Below, piece by piece: positions 1 through 13,989 of a stretch of 64,000 bases of DNA; position 1 is the first letter of the stretch, and every line of letters starts with the position of its first letter. The DNA is from Chrysomallon squamiferum (lineage: Eukaryota; Animalia; Mollusca). Position numbers and translations under genes: made by a program. The DNA is taken from positions 8,990,001 to 9,054,000 of the forward strand of contig CM022671.1 of the NCBI GenBank assembly GCA_012295275.1. The letters are read 5' to 3'. The notes under the pieces are model-generated. The model saw nothing but the letters and a program-made list of their open reading frames with translations. It did not search any database and was not told the origin of the DNA.

Positions 1-528
1 TTCAAGAAATAAAAGATCACACAAGACACAAAACAAATAATATATTAACTGCATTGGATTAACCCATTCAGCAGCGAGGTAGGGTCAGGTTGTTATTTCT
101 GTATTAATTTCGACAAAATGAGATTCGACAAGATTGGATGACACCCTCACAGGTATTGGTAAGACAGCACGGATTTGATTTAACAAGTAGCTCAATAGGC
201 AGGAAAGAAAATTAATTTACAGATAAAATAACACATTATCTTTTAAATCATTGCTTTTCGCGAATTACTGTTAGTATCAGTACTATTAGTATTACTGTAT
301 CACTATTGTCAATATATCAGTATAATTTATATGGAGTTTTAATCAAATTTAATAATAATTAAATTACTATATTTAAAACATAAATAATTTGCTATCGCTA
401 TTACTTTAGCACAGTTAATTTCAAAATTTGAAGACTTCTGTCGCTACGGATTTAATTACTGAGATACATTACTGAAAAATCGTTTGCTTCAAGTTCAACA
501 AATTTCCTACACTTAAATGTTGTCATAC

Positions 529-656
529 TTTGAAGTGCTAGTCTTTTGACTGCTGTTCAATTCTACATCTGTCTTTAACTCTGCTGCATTAATTCCTAAC
601 CACGATGCTGCAATACTTCCATAATCACTATTGAATTCAATCTGACTTTCGTTCAT
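529..656 (-). CDS. Possible first coding exon of a gene transcribed divergently from the SAM carrier (rest would lie outside the window)
   Basis: ATG in good context (acaaccATGa) at 656, reading MNESQIEFNSDYGSIAASWLGINAAELKTDVELNSSQKTSTS, followed by a possible AA|GTATGA donor at 528; otherwise stops at 513. No family recognised, no downstream exon confidently found. Confidence 0.3.
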
Positions 657-1263
657 GGTTGTAATTATAATTGTTGACAAACTCAGATTTTTTGTCAATT
701 TAGTATCGCAAACTTAGCTTTCGTTGGTATCTATTTTTCCTTCAACAACAAAGCACCCATGAATTACGGACAAATACCGCAATGGACCGTTGAAGACAAT
801 TATTTTATATATATATATTGTTTTTAACACCAGCAAATATTGTAAACAACAAGTCAGATCAGCATGATACATCTGTTGTCGTGCGAAAAAATGTCTATTA
901 TAATAAAACAGATATGTAACATAATTTACATATAAATATATTTTTGATATAAATGCACATCTGGTGACGAAAACGTTATTTGCGACACTTGATGATAGTA
1001 AAACAATAAGTAAATAAGTAAATAAATAAATATTTTTATTATTATTATTATTATTATTATTAAATTTATTACTGTTGTTTCTGTGTTCAGTGTGTGCACT
1101 GCTGTAGAAGGAAATCAAATAAAACCGAAAGCCTGTTGGTTTAGGGCTATATGCCAACCGGCAAATTATTGGCTCAGTTGCTCAATAAGATTTTAGTAAT
1201 CGAGGCTATTTTGTTTCTTCATGTGTTAAGAGAAGATGACCATGACAAACGAGTACAAAAATA

Positions 1264-2099
1264 ATGTATATTTCAAAGGATTTTCAAAATGCACTTATTG
1301 TATGTACATTCTTTTAAATTCCCTTCGTAGTTTCAACAAATATCTAACACAGCCAATCTTTTGCACCAAACTAGATTACAGATAAATCAGGCATTTTAGA
1401 TTAAGTTATTCATTAAGAACACCATTTAAATTAAACAAAAATGCTTGACTTTGCCATTGCATCACATTCAGTGATTCACAGTATAATAAAACTAATTTAT
1501 GTAATTCCATAAAATATATTTTCAAAATAAATATGTAGCTATACAACCAACAATATTAAACACGTACCTTTATTAATTTTAATAATTATTTTTTTTTTTT
1601 TTTTTTTTTTATAAAGTATTTAATATTATTTACGCATTTTATAATTTTTATTTATTTAATAGGTCTCCATGTTATATGTATCATAACTTCAAGTGATGTT
1701 AAATTGGTAGACAGATTTTTCAAACTGTTTTATTTTTTTAAAGCAGTTATTCCATATGTAACTTTTTTATATTATATATACTTGATTAAGCAGAATTTGT
1801 TATATTTAACAGCTTATTCACTTTTTATGTCATTTGTTTTGCTTTATTCCAGGCTGGGGGTGCAGCAGGGATATCGGTAGATGTAGCTCTGTTTCCTATT
1901 GATACTTTAAAAACAAGATTGCAGAGTCATCATGGATTCTGGCAGTCTGGTGGATTCCGGGGGATCTACTCAGGTCTCGCTTCAGCAGCTCTTGGATCAG
2001 CTCCTGCTGGTATTTTTATTATTTTATTTTATTTTATTTTATTTTAAAAATTAAAAATAAGACTTTTATTATTATTTATTTATTTATTTATATTTGTTA

Positions 2100-2142
<43 letters not shown>

Positions 2143-5100
2143 GTTTTGAGTATTTTATTTTATTATTATTATTTTGTTTTTTTCAAATTTGTTATTTATA
2201 AATGGTGTGTAAATATACATTTGTTTTCTCAGCGGCTGTATTTTTCTGCACCTATGACATGATGAAGGTACTCATGAGCTCATCCTTGGATCAGTCACTG
2301 GCTCCAGTTGTTCACATGATAGCTGCATCATGTGGTGAAGTGGTAGGTTGTGTGCAACTGTTTTTATATTTTATTTTCCAGAAGACATTTTGTTCATAGT
2401 AAAAAATGGTCTCATGTTACTACTCAAAGCATTAGCCACTGTAATGTTGTAGATTTCCTACTTGATAAACAAATCTACAGTTAATGTGTCTGCATAGAGT
2501 TAATTCCCTTTCAAAGTTCTTAGACATGCATAGTATGTAATAAAATACTTAATTGGTTGATCCATTATTGTTGTTTGAAAGTTCATATGAAATGCAGAAT
2601 TATTACACCAAAAATATATGATAGCAATAATGAAGGCTTGGGTAAGGTTAGGAAGGCTTACATCTTGTAATTATAGACCTACTTGTTGCAGGTATTAATA
2701 ATATATTGGATTGCAAATGTAATGTAGTCAAAGTGTTAATTATTATTATTATTATTATTATCTGCACTGTTTTTATTATGACATAAGTAGAAATTACCTT
2801 TCTTGTAAACATTTTAGAAATTTATATTATTTTAATTTATTTCCTGAAACTGATATCCATTTAAAAAAAAAAAAAAAAAATTATTTGGTTAAAATAATGA
2901 AATGTTTATTTATTTAAAAAGAAAATTATCAATATTGTATAACAACAAAAAAAGGAAAAAACAGTAAAAAAAAAAAAACAACATAAAACACTTTTTGTTT
3001 TTCTTTTTCTAAAAATAAATAGCTGAACCTGAATGCTGATTTACAGATTTTAATGTTTAAAATTTTAGACAGCTTGTCTCATACGTGTTCCTGTCGAAGT
3101 GGTGAAACAGCGAACACAAACCAGGAATTCTTTAACTTCATTTACAGTATTCCGCAAAACTGTAGCTGCTGAAGTAAGTTCAATTATAACTTTGTCTTAG
3201 TTATTACAAAGTGGAGTAAAAACGTTCTGAAAACAGTACATGATCATTACATAACTTTTGAATCTGGACATGATTATTGTTTTGGTTTTATTCATTTATT
3301 TTAATTTAATATTTAAAGTAAAACAGTTAGAAAGAATTTCTTCATCAATCATTAATAATGCTGTTTTCTGTTCTACAACAAGTAATATCAAATGCCTTTT
3401 TTTGGCTGGGTTCTCCTTGGCAATTATGATAGCTGTAATTACATTCTTAATGACTGAGTGTAATTGCAGTATATTGTGGCAATCAGAAATTTGACAGATA
3501 TTTCATTTTGTTCTTTTATTTACTGAATAATAAATTATTTAATATATATTAAAGTTAATTTTTGGTATGTCAGTCTTGGTTTTTAAAATAACCTAGAATT
3601 TCCAAGAGATTACAAGATAACTAAACTGATGATTAACATTGTTTTTGTTTGTTGTTGAATTTAGTTTACTGTAACTGAGTAATGATAATTTACAACTGAT
3701 AAATAAAATCCCTGGATGTCTAAAGCAGCTTATTTGTCTGTTTTTATTTTTAGGGATTTTTTGGTTTGTACCGAGGTTATTTAAGTACAATTTCTAGAGA
3801 AATCCCATTTGCTCTCATCCAGTTTCCTCTCTGGGAATATTTTAAGGTATGTCTTTTAATAAAAATGTTTTCTAAATATTATTTGTTAATGTTCTTATCT
3901 GAGGTTAATAAAAAAGAAAAGAAATCTTGTATAAAGAATTTAATAAAATAATCTTGTATAAAGAAATCTGTATTCATGTTTAATTTAAAATTTTATACTA
4001 GAGAGAAATATTTCACACATAATAATGATAATTTTTGTTTTGAAATATATATTAACTATTACAATTATTTTACTGTCATAATATTATAACCTACAACTAA
4101 AATTAAAATGATAAGATAGTAATATTCAATTTATTGCAGTATTCTTTGATAATGAATGATACACATGCTATTTTAGATTTTGTGGACCAGAAAAACAGGC
4201 TTGCCAATTACAGCCATGCAGTCCAGTATATCTGGTGCTGTTGCAGGTAATCTTTTTTAAACTTTCACTAAAATTAGCATTTGTGCATTTCAGTCCTCTG
4301 AATACTTTTTATAAAAAATAATGTAATTTTAATTTGATTATCTGTTGATACAATGATTTCTTTAATATCAGGTATATGCCTAAGGTGGAGGGTATGAGAG
4401 CACACATGCCCACAAAGTTAAAATTTTACATTACAAGCCAATAATGGTTTTATCTTTTCTTTAAAAATTAAAGTTTATTTACCATTTAATTAGGAGCCAT
4501 TGCTGCTGGTATTACTACACCACTTGATGTTGCAAAAACAAGAATCATGTTGGCAGAGGTATGTCATATTTTATGTAACATTTGAAGATTTCATATTTTT
4601 AAACGATAATAAAATAACAGTACAAACTGTAAGATCCCTCCAACAAAAACAAGTAAAAATACCATGTTTGTATTTTGTTTAAACACTGGATGTAAACAGA
4701 GAGGTATTCAACTCCTATGCAACATGTGATGACAGCTTATATGAAAAAAGGAATAATAGTAAGCATAAACATTCAATACAAAATTTGCATTTACATACAT
4801 ACGCAGAGATAGGTGTGTGTATGTGTGTGTGTGTATGTGTTTTCTAATGATTCCAATATATATTTAAAGACATACATATTTCATGGTCTCTTCATTATGA
4901 TCAGAAGATAGCTGTTTGAAAATCATTTAACTCTAATTATTATTTGTATTACTTTGTAGAAAGGTAGCAAGATAGCTGAAGGGAGTATTTTGTATACACT
5001 AAGACACATTCTGGATAAAGGCGGTGTTACAGGGTAGGTAACTCTAACTGAAAACCTTTAATCTTTAAGAGTGGAAAAATAATGCATTGAAGTCAGGTTT

Positions 5101-5324
5101 TTTTTTTATCCCAGAGCAACCAAATATCTCTCATGACTGATGTTTTTATAATAATTTACAATAAGGCTATATATAATAATGTATGCCATTTAATGTTGAA
5201 TGATTATTCTTGTTTCAGATTATTTGCAGGAATTGTTCCAAGAATAATATGGATATCAGTTGGTGGTGCTATTTTTCTGGGAGTATATGAACAAATTCAG
5301 ATATTATTAAACAAAGTGTCTTGA
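1264..5324 (+). CDS. SLC25A26: S-adenosylmethionine mitochondrial carrier protein (SLC25 family), 271 aa, 9 coding exons
   Basis: Exons 1264-1299, 1853-2009, 2233-2342, 3069-3173, 3754-3846, 4177-4246, 4494-4558, 4960-5033, 5219-5324, all GT-AG and phase-compatible (816 nt). Three carrier signature motifs Px[DE]xxK: [32 protein letters not shown]; also [14 protein letters not shown] and [21 protein letters not shown], which closely match SAMC/Pet8 as I recall it. Confidence 0.95.
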
Positions 5325-5923
5325 CAGATTGTTAATAATAAGAAGAGGAATAATTTTTTTAATGTTTTAATTACAAGAACAGAGACAATATGTGACAGAT
5401 TCTTTTCCTTGTATATATTTTATTCTAATGGATGCAGAATTCAATGTTCTAAATACATATATTTTGTTGCTGAAAACTAAATTTGCTAAATAAATAGCAA
5501 AATCATTATTTATGTGATTATTGGTTTGAGTTAGAATGTAAAAAATGGTTTCCTATGATTTACTTACTTTTTATTTTGATCATACAAATTTGTAAGTAAT
5601 TATTTATTATAATTATGTGATACCCTTCAACCTGTAGTGCTTTAAAATCAGTTAACATAGTTTCTTCTGAATGTTTGCATGAATGGAATAAAGTTATGTT
5701 TTTGAAATAGTGTTGTTGTTTTTGTTAAAAGTATTAAAGCTATTATCTTTGCACATGATTATTAAGCTTGTAACATGATTTCTTAGTCTGAAAATATAAT
5801 GCAAGTTTACTTCATTAACAATGAACAATAAAATTCATCAACTTCGTTGTTGTGCATAAAGAAATATATATAGACGAAAATACAGTAACCACCATTTATT
5901 TAATAATTTAAAAAATCATCATG

Positions 5924-5958
<35 letters not shown>

Positions 5959-6420
5959 ATTAATAATAATTCAGTTTGATTTGAATCCTGTTATAAAATA
6001 ACAAAATAACAAATAATTCAGTTTTGAATCATTTTCATAACATTCAAAACAAACAACAAATATAAATGTTATCTTATTCTAAGATATTTCTTTGGATAAA
6101 AAAGAAATTATTATTTTATTTTATTTATTAATTCATTTATTTCTTTATTTATTTTTGTAGATAACTGACTTCAGTACATTAAAAATTTTGTCACTGTTAA
6201 AAATAACTTAATACAAATATTAAAAATGAATGTCAGTACTGTCTCGCTCCCAGCCGAACAAATGACAATTCAATTCTCGCCCATGTTCCCGATTAATCCC
6301 GAACCGAAATTTCCATATAACGAATGTTGCCGAATACAAACGAACGGGCTGTTGACATACACGTGATCTACACAAGTTGCAACAGAAGCCTTTCAAGCGT
6401 GGAACGTAACTTTATTCAAG

Positions 6421-9400
6421 ATGTCAGTGGAAAACAATAATACGACTGAGATCCAAAATAACTTCTTTACAAACGCCAGTGGAAAGAAAATATATTGCAA
6501 AGACTGGGGAGAAGAAGCAGACATTAAAAATCCAAGGTCAGTAAAATGGAAAGAAATAATCATCATGATCATGCGATTCATGGATGTCGCTTTTTGTTTT
6601 TAAACCTGAAAAGTAAACAAAATGGATTATTAGCGAAACGAAACGTGATACATGAAATCCTATTTATGGCTGTAAACATCTAAGGTAGGTATGTAACTAA
6701 GAAGATGAAATTAAATTTGAGGTAAATATTAGATAAAACTAAATAGGGGTGCACATGTTTTTCTTGGCAGCATATGTTTTACGTTTTTCCTAGTTATTCA
6801 ACTTACTGATTTTCAGAAGTCTAGCATTCATTGCCCATGGACTGGGAGAACATTGTTTATGGTACACACCCTTGGCAGAAGAACTAACTGAGAAACAAAT
6901 CTATGTGTTTTCACACGATCACAGTAAGAATATTTTAACATTTGTATACATGTATGTTAACAGTTAACGGAATTATGAATGAATACACATTTTGATAGGA
7001 TATGCTATTATTATTTTGTAAATGTATGTGTTTTTAGCATGGTTTGGTTTTTGACACAGAAAATCTATTTATGTCAATAACTGTTGGCAAATATCTAATA
7101 TGAATGTAATAGTAATTTTGTCCAAAACATATTTGGATATTAATTTTAAGTTGTGTTTTAACCTACAACAACCTTAAAGTTACCTTAAACTTAAGAATAT
7201 GTTACTTATTTGTAGGGAGAAATTAATTTTGTTAGACTAATTAATTAAGTTAAAACAGTTATTCTCTGTATGCATCTTACCTAATTGTTCAACATTTGTA
7301 GAGCAATTTGGAAAAAGGCTGTTGAACTTTTTACTTTTTATATTCAAAGCATATTATTTATTTTTAACATGATATCAACATTACTATTTATTGTTTTGTA
7401 TCATTACAGATGTTATGTCCTTTTTTCATTTGGTATTTCATTAATCGTTTATCCATTCATTTTCAGTATGTCATTAATCGTTTATCTGTTCATTTTCAGT
7501 TGGGCATGGACAGAGTGAAGGTGACAGAGTGCACATTGAGAATTTCAAGCAGTACACTGAAGATGTCTTCCTCCATATTGACATCATAAAGAAGAAGTTC
7601 CCTAACATTCCAGTTTTCATTATTGGTCATTCCATGGTAAATTAAAATTTAAAACTTAGATAATATCCTTATTATATTTTTATTAAAAAAAAATTGAAAG
7701 AAACATGGACTATTTTAATTTACGAACATTATAATTTTGTTTAGATTTTACTTTTGATAATATTTTTAATAAAATAGTAAATTGCTACTATTGGATTAAC
7801 CAGCTCTTTGTTTAAATAATAAATTTAATACCATTGAGTTGAGATGATAACGTCTCAACAATTACTTAAGTAAAACATGATAGTTATCTAAGAATCATTT
7901 TAGAAATTGATCACAGTGTATTTCAAACATGCATAAACTTAAATGTTTCTTTTAGGGAGGAACCATTGCAATTTTGTGTGCACTGGAAAAACCGGAGTAC
8001 TTTAAAGGGATAGTGTTCATTGCACCTGCACTGGTTCTGAGTCCTGCTGCAGTGTCTCCATTAAAGGTTTTATTTATTAGTTAATATTTTGTAAGTGTTA
8101 ATGAATGTCTGATGTTTGCAGAGTGTATATATTTTTAGTGTAGATTTTTTTGTGTATATGTAACAAACAACAAGTTGTGCTTATTTAAGAAATAATCAGT
8201 TTTAAAATGTTAAAAAATGTAAACATTACTTTTCTTGATAATTTATTAATTTCTGTTATGGACTGAAAATAATAAAGATACTCTAGTAAATCATTTTTAA
8301 TAAATGTATTCCAATTAATAGATTAAGATAGATAAAGTTTTTCTTGAATGTTTGTTTTAGGTTTTTATTGGAAGATGGATAAGTCATGTTTTCCCACAGA
8401 TGCCAATTGCAAAAATTGACACAAAAGCAGTTTGCAGAGACCCTGCAGTGGTAAATAGGTGTTTTACATATTTTACTAAAACATTCAGATACATTTCAGA
8501 CCAGAGGAATACAGTTCTTAGAGATAAATTAACAATTTTTGTTTTTACAAACTTTCATAAATGTAAATCAGAATGAAATAAAAATTATAATTTTCAAATC
8601 ATTGTATTTTTAAAAATTCACTTCTTTTAATTTTATCATCATTTTCATTTATAATAAAAATTTGTCCTTTCAGTGTCCTATTTCTGTAATACTAGATGCA
8701 TTTCTTTTAAATCTTCTTTTTTTCTTAATTCACATGCTTGCTACAGTTAATCTTTTTGCTTTTATATTTGGAATAACAGAACAATTTCACCATTATCTAC
8801 TGTTTAAAACTGGCAGTATTTGTCTCACTGTTGTACAGAAGAAGTATGTTGAATATTTAAATTTCAGGTGAAAAAGTATGAAGAGGACCCATTAGTCCAT
8901 CATGGTCGAATCAAAGTTGGGTAAATGTTAACATACGTTTTTTGTTTTTTATCATTTACTAACCTAAATTTAACTTGTCTCAGGGTAATGTCATTTTCTA
9001 ATAAAGTCTGTTTTCAAGACCTAAGTTTAGTGTGGTTATGGTTCCATGAAAAATATAACCCAAAAATAGTTGTGTTTATTACTCAAAGCTTTAAATTTCT
9101 CTTATAGTTTAAACATCAATATCAGTAAAGGTTGAGCATTTTGATTATTTGTAGTGTACCAGTACATTCCAGAAACTTGGTAAATAAACAGAAAAGTGAA
9201 AATAATTTGAGATTGATTAGATAATTCTTAGCTACAGTGTTATGATTTTCAACAGATTTTATTTTTTAAATGTTTTTTTTTTATTATTCATGTATTTAAA
9301 TAAATCATAGCATTCTCATTGAAATTCTGATTGAAATCCTTGTAATATGTGAATAACATAAGTTATGAATGTTATGTTTTTAATTAATATTTCAGATTTG

Positions 9401-9631
9401 GGACTCAACTTTTGGATTCCATGAACTTCGTCTGTGCTAATTTGGAAAAGCTAGAGGTGCCATTCTTGGCTCTCCATGGTGACAAGGATACTCTGGCAGA
9501 ACTTGATGGCACCAAGCAACTGGGAGAGAAAGCTAAAAGCAAAGACAAAACCCTCAAGGTATGTTTAAAACTATACATTATCAGTTTCCTAACAGTAACA
9601 TGAAATTAGCCTGCATTCATTAACAGTACAG

Positions 9632-9668
<37 letters not shown>

Positions 9669-10545
9669 TGGCTGCTACAGATTTTGATATGATAGAGAGT
9701 TTATCATCCCAGGTTGACTGAGTAAAATAAGTTACTTCACACTCTAAAACTTTAATTTTATTAAGTCATGACATTCTAAAATTAGTGATATTGCATTCAT
9801 GACTAGTAATTAAAAGCTGGATCACTAGTGAAAATAATTAGAAATAATTCTGACTAAAAAAAATAGAAATTATGTAGATAAATGTTTTATGACCAGTCCT
9901 TTTTCAATAGTTAAACAGGTGACAATAACAGTTTAGAATCTTTTCTGTTTTGTGTATTGAAAACTAAGTAATTTTCTAATGTAGAAACCTAAAAGACTTG
10001 TATTGAAAATTAATATAGTTTTGATATTCAGTGGATAGACTACAGGAATAACTATATGTTTACCCTTCTGTTGTGTTTGCATGTAAATAATCTTAGATTA
10101 TCATAATTGTCTTTATTGTGAGTCAGAAGATACTTGTCTTAAGATCATATACTACTACTGTTTGTCATTCATTATCCCTTTAATTAAAATGTTTAAATAC
10201 TATGCAAAGCTGTCTTAATGATTTGGCGACATTAAATTTCTTTTCTTTCCTTTTATTTTCATTAAGATAAAGAAATATTATCATGACATTAAATGTTCCA
10301 GATTATTATAATGGCATAACTATTAATTTTTATTTTTATTTTTTTTAAGTGAATAAATTTATTATCATTAATTGTGAACTAGAAGAAGCCTGTTCTTATC
10401 TCTTATTATTATTATTATTATATATTTATAGATATATGAGGGTTATTACCACCAGCTTCACAATGAACCCGAGGATGATGGTGTGGGTGGTAAAGGTGTC
10501 AGAACAGAGATTGTAAAATGGATTGCTGAAAGAAGTTCCACTTGA
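6421..10545 (+). CDS. MGLL: Monoglyceride lipase (alpha/beta hydrolase), 296 aa, 8 exons
   Basis: Exons 6421-6536, 6817-6923, 7500-7636, 7956-8066, 8361-8450, 8868-8920, 9396-9558, 10432-10545 (891 nt, GT-AG, in phase). Motifs HGLGEH, HDHIGHGQSEG, nucleophile elbow GHSM|GG split over exons 3/4, YEEDPLV, LALHGDKD (catalytic Asp), YEGYYHQLHNE (catalytic His). Confidence 0.93.
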
Positions 10546-12194
10546 TTGGCTGCTTCGAGAAAGTAAAAACACGCTATTTTAGCCACCATTCCAGAGAAAT
10601 ATTTACCAGCTGGAAACAGATTATAATTTTAAACTGCACCAAAATATGTATTTTTTACTTAATTCAGAACAATAGTTTCAAGCTTATATTAGTGTATATC
10701 AATCGCTGAGCAATATTGTAGAAAAATATTTTTTATAAATTGTTTTCCCATTAATAAATTTATATTTTAGAATATAAAATATCTTTAACTATATTATTAA
10801 AATATTATGTTGTATAGTATAAAAATCATCCCATGAGTGCTTTTAATATGGAGTGTCCACATAGTATATATTTTTTTCTATGTAGGTTACACAATTTATT
10901 ACATAGGAAGTATTTTATTGTCTAAGGGAATAGATGAAAATATTGAAACAATCTTTGAAAGAAGAAAGTGCAGAGTTTAAAAAAGTTAATAGTATTAAAA
11001 TTGATTAATACATTTTTTTATTTTATTGAAATCTTTTAATTCCTTTTTTAAAATAATATGAAATGTAAAAATCTTTATTATTTTGTGTGTTTGAAAGTGA
11101 CATTTTTATTATTTAAAATCAAAGTAATTTAATTAATACCTCTTTGTTATTTTATGCTGTGATGCATTTTTATTTATTGTCTTTTAAATTGTTAAACTAT
11201 TTTTATTTTTTGTTTTTTTTATATGATTTAATTAAATGTATTTTTAATAATTTAAAATTTTTATATTTTTTAAATTGTTTGTGAATGGAATAAAAGATCT
11301 AAATTATGCATTGTCATAATTCAGTGAGAAATGATAGTTTAACTTTTGTCAAACTGTGTATGAAATCTCAGGTGGAAATTTTACATGAATTACTAAGCTG
11401 TACATGAACTGTACACTCTGTATTTTGTTATTGATTTATTTTATGTTACAAAAGTGTGGTTAACTAGTTTTATTTGTTCACATTTTATGGTTGTGTATTT
11501 CAGAATCAGGTTTTTAATTACCAAACTTTAGTTACATTTAATATCACTTTGAAACAGAAGCAAAATTTCTTTTGTTACATAAAGTGAAAATAGTTTTAAT
11601 ATTCATTATCAGACAAATTTATAGATATATATACATATATAAAACAATAAAAAAAATTCATTCTTGGTTTTTAACATTATATTTTTAATATTAAAATTTA
11701 TTTTTAATAGTTTCAGAAAACAGTTTCATTTTCATTATGGTTTTTTACCAGTTCATTGTTTGTGTTAGGATTATGTTGAGATTTCTTGGTATTTTTGTTT
11801 GAGAATCATATCAATATTTGAAATTTAAAACCATTTATTTGCTAATTTATATGCACCTCAATATATGTACTATTTCTAATGTTTTGGGAACAATTTAAAA
11901 TCTTGATTAAATTCTTTTGGCAATGTATTCACACATCTAGGCTTCTGAATATGCAAGTGTGAAATGGTAGAACAAGTTAATGTAAGTGTATTTTGTGCAA
12001 TTTCTAACAACAGAAAAACATACTGCATTTACTGACATTGTAATGCAAAAGAAAATCAAAATTAACTGAGGTAGATGTTGCGAGTTGTTACATATGTGAT
12101 AAATAAAAGTTACTGTAGTTTTATTATTTTATCATTTATTATTACATTATACCATCTTGTGAAAACCCAACCTGAAATTGCTAAATTTATATTG

Positions 12195-12750
12195 AGAAAA
12201 TGCAATTTATTTAATTAGAACTGTTAAAATGATTTTAGACTGCAATTTATATGCAGTTTCTTATAAAGAGAGAATGTAATTTAATGACTGTTAAAAATTA
12301 TTTTAGACATTGGAAATTGTATGCAGTTTATTATATAGAGATAATGCAATTTATTAGAATTAAAATTATTTTAGACTGGAAATTTTAAGCAGTTTATTAT
12401 ATAGAGATAATGCAATTTATTAGAATGTTAAAATTATTTTAGACTGGAAATTTTAAGCAGTTTATTATATAGAGATAATGCAATTTATTAGAATGTTAAA
12501 ATTATTTTAGAATGGAAATTGTAAGCAGTTTTTTATAAAGATAATGCAGTTTATTAGAACTGTTAAAATTATTTTAGAATGGAAATTGTAAACAGTTTTT
12601 TATAAAGAGAATGCAATTTATTAGTCAACACTTATAATTATTTTAGACTGGAAACTATATACAGTTTGTTATAAAGAGAGAATGTAGTTTATTAGTAAGA
12701 ACTGTTAAAATTATTTAAGACATTGGAAATTGCAGATTGTTGTTAGTGGG
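12195..12750. repeat. Degenerate minisatellite, ~66-68 bp unit, ~8 copies
   Basis: Unit approx. ATAATGCAATTTATTAGAATGTTAAAATTATTTTAGACTGGAAATTTTAAGCAGTTTATTATATAGAG recurring at 12341, 12407, 12475, 12541; lies between the convergent 3' ends of MGLL and the GLYAT-like gene. Confidence 0.85.
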
Positions 12751-13193
12751 AATGCAGTTTATTTGTTTGATAAATGTTTATGGTGCAACTGAAGAAGTGA
12801 TCTGAGTGCTCTGTATTGATATAACATTTAATTAAATATGTTGTTTTAGCTAGATGATATCATTGAAATAATGTTGTTTTAACTGGATGAAGTTATTATT
12901 GAAATAATGTTGTTTTAACTGAGTGATATTTCATTAAAATATTCCGATATTATTGAAATGTTATAATGTTATTTTCACAAAAATAATGTTTTATCTGTGT
13001 GATATCAGTGTAATAATGCCAAACCAAAAACTTGTGCACATTCTAATATTTTAACTTATTTATACATTTTTAATATATTTTAAAGCCATAGATATTCATA
13101 TTAATCAGAGTGAAATAAAATATTATAAAAGTAATATAACTGTGGGTTTTTTTGTGACATCATTTAGTATATCCCATTCTATTTGTGTACATA

Positions 13194-13382
13194 TATATGT
13201 AGATGTAAAAAATAAACTATATCCCCTTCTATTTGAAATTTGATATCTACCTTGACATACTGTACATTAATCTGTAAAGTATATGTAGATGTAAAAAATA
13301 AACTATATCCCCTTCTATTTGAAATTTGATATCTATCTTGATATACTGTACATTAATCTGTAAAGTGTATGTAGATATAAAA
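13194..13382. repeat. Tandem duplication, 86 bp unit, ~2.2 copies
   Basis: AGATGTAAAAAATAAACTATATCCCCTTCTATTTGAAATTTG... starts at 13201, 13287 and partially 13373. Confidence 0.85.
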
Positions 13383-13989
13383 CAATTTTTATGATTCATT
13401 TAGATGGTTTCTTCTACAGTTTTAACAAATCAGCAGAACTCATTATAAAGCAATGATGTCTATTTTATTTGAATATTATCTGCATATTTTAAATATAAAT
13501 AAAAACTGACCATATGTAAAATATTTAAAATAAGCATTCTCCAAATTTAAAACCTGTTTGTATAAGATATAACTTACAAAACAAAATGACATAAATTATA
13601 AAACTTGTTTTCAAGAAAGGTTCAGAATTTCTTGATAAAAATGTAATCTAAAATTACCATGTCGCGTATAGCAATTTGTTATAAATATACATCAAAAATT
13701 TTCAAGGCATAAATACAAATGTTATTGTTATATATTTAAAACTCTACATTGACTGAGTGTGCATATAACTGCATATTCTTTCTTGCTTTTTCCTCCCAGA
13801 TATCGAGCAATGGAAATATTTTAAATGTTTTCAGATTTTGGGGGCTACTGAATGTTAATAATGTATACAAATTTTATTTATAGTAAATGTATTTTGTATA
13901 TATGATACACAGTCTCAAAACATAACAAAAAGAAAAGAAAATGGCTGTGCAATGCTTAGAAAGCAGTACTGATAGTAAACATGGCTACA

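Noticed and set aside
100-210. Minus-strand Cys-rich reading (KSNPCCLTNTCEGVIQSCRISFCRN*) reminiscent of an insulin A-chain or conotoxin
   Set aside because: Cys spacing does not match insulin A-chain, there is no signal peptide or dibasic site, and no convincing acceptor links it to an upstream exon.
714-1157. 147-aa minus-strand ORF upstream of the SAM carrier
   Set aside because: Non-ATG start, AT-rich low-complexity composition (poly-N, IYIY); overlaps the likely promoter region.
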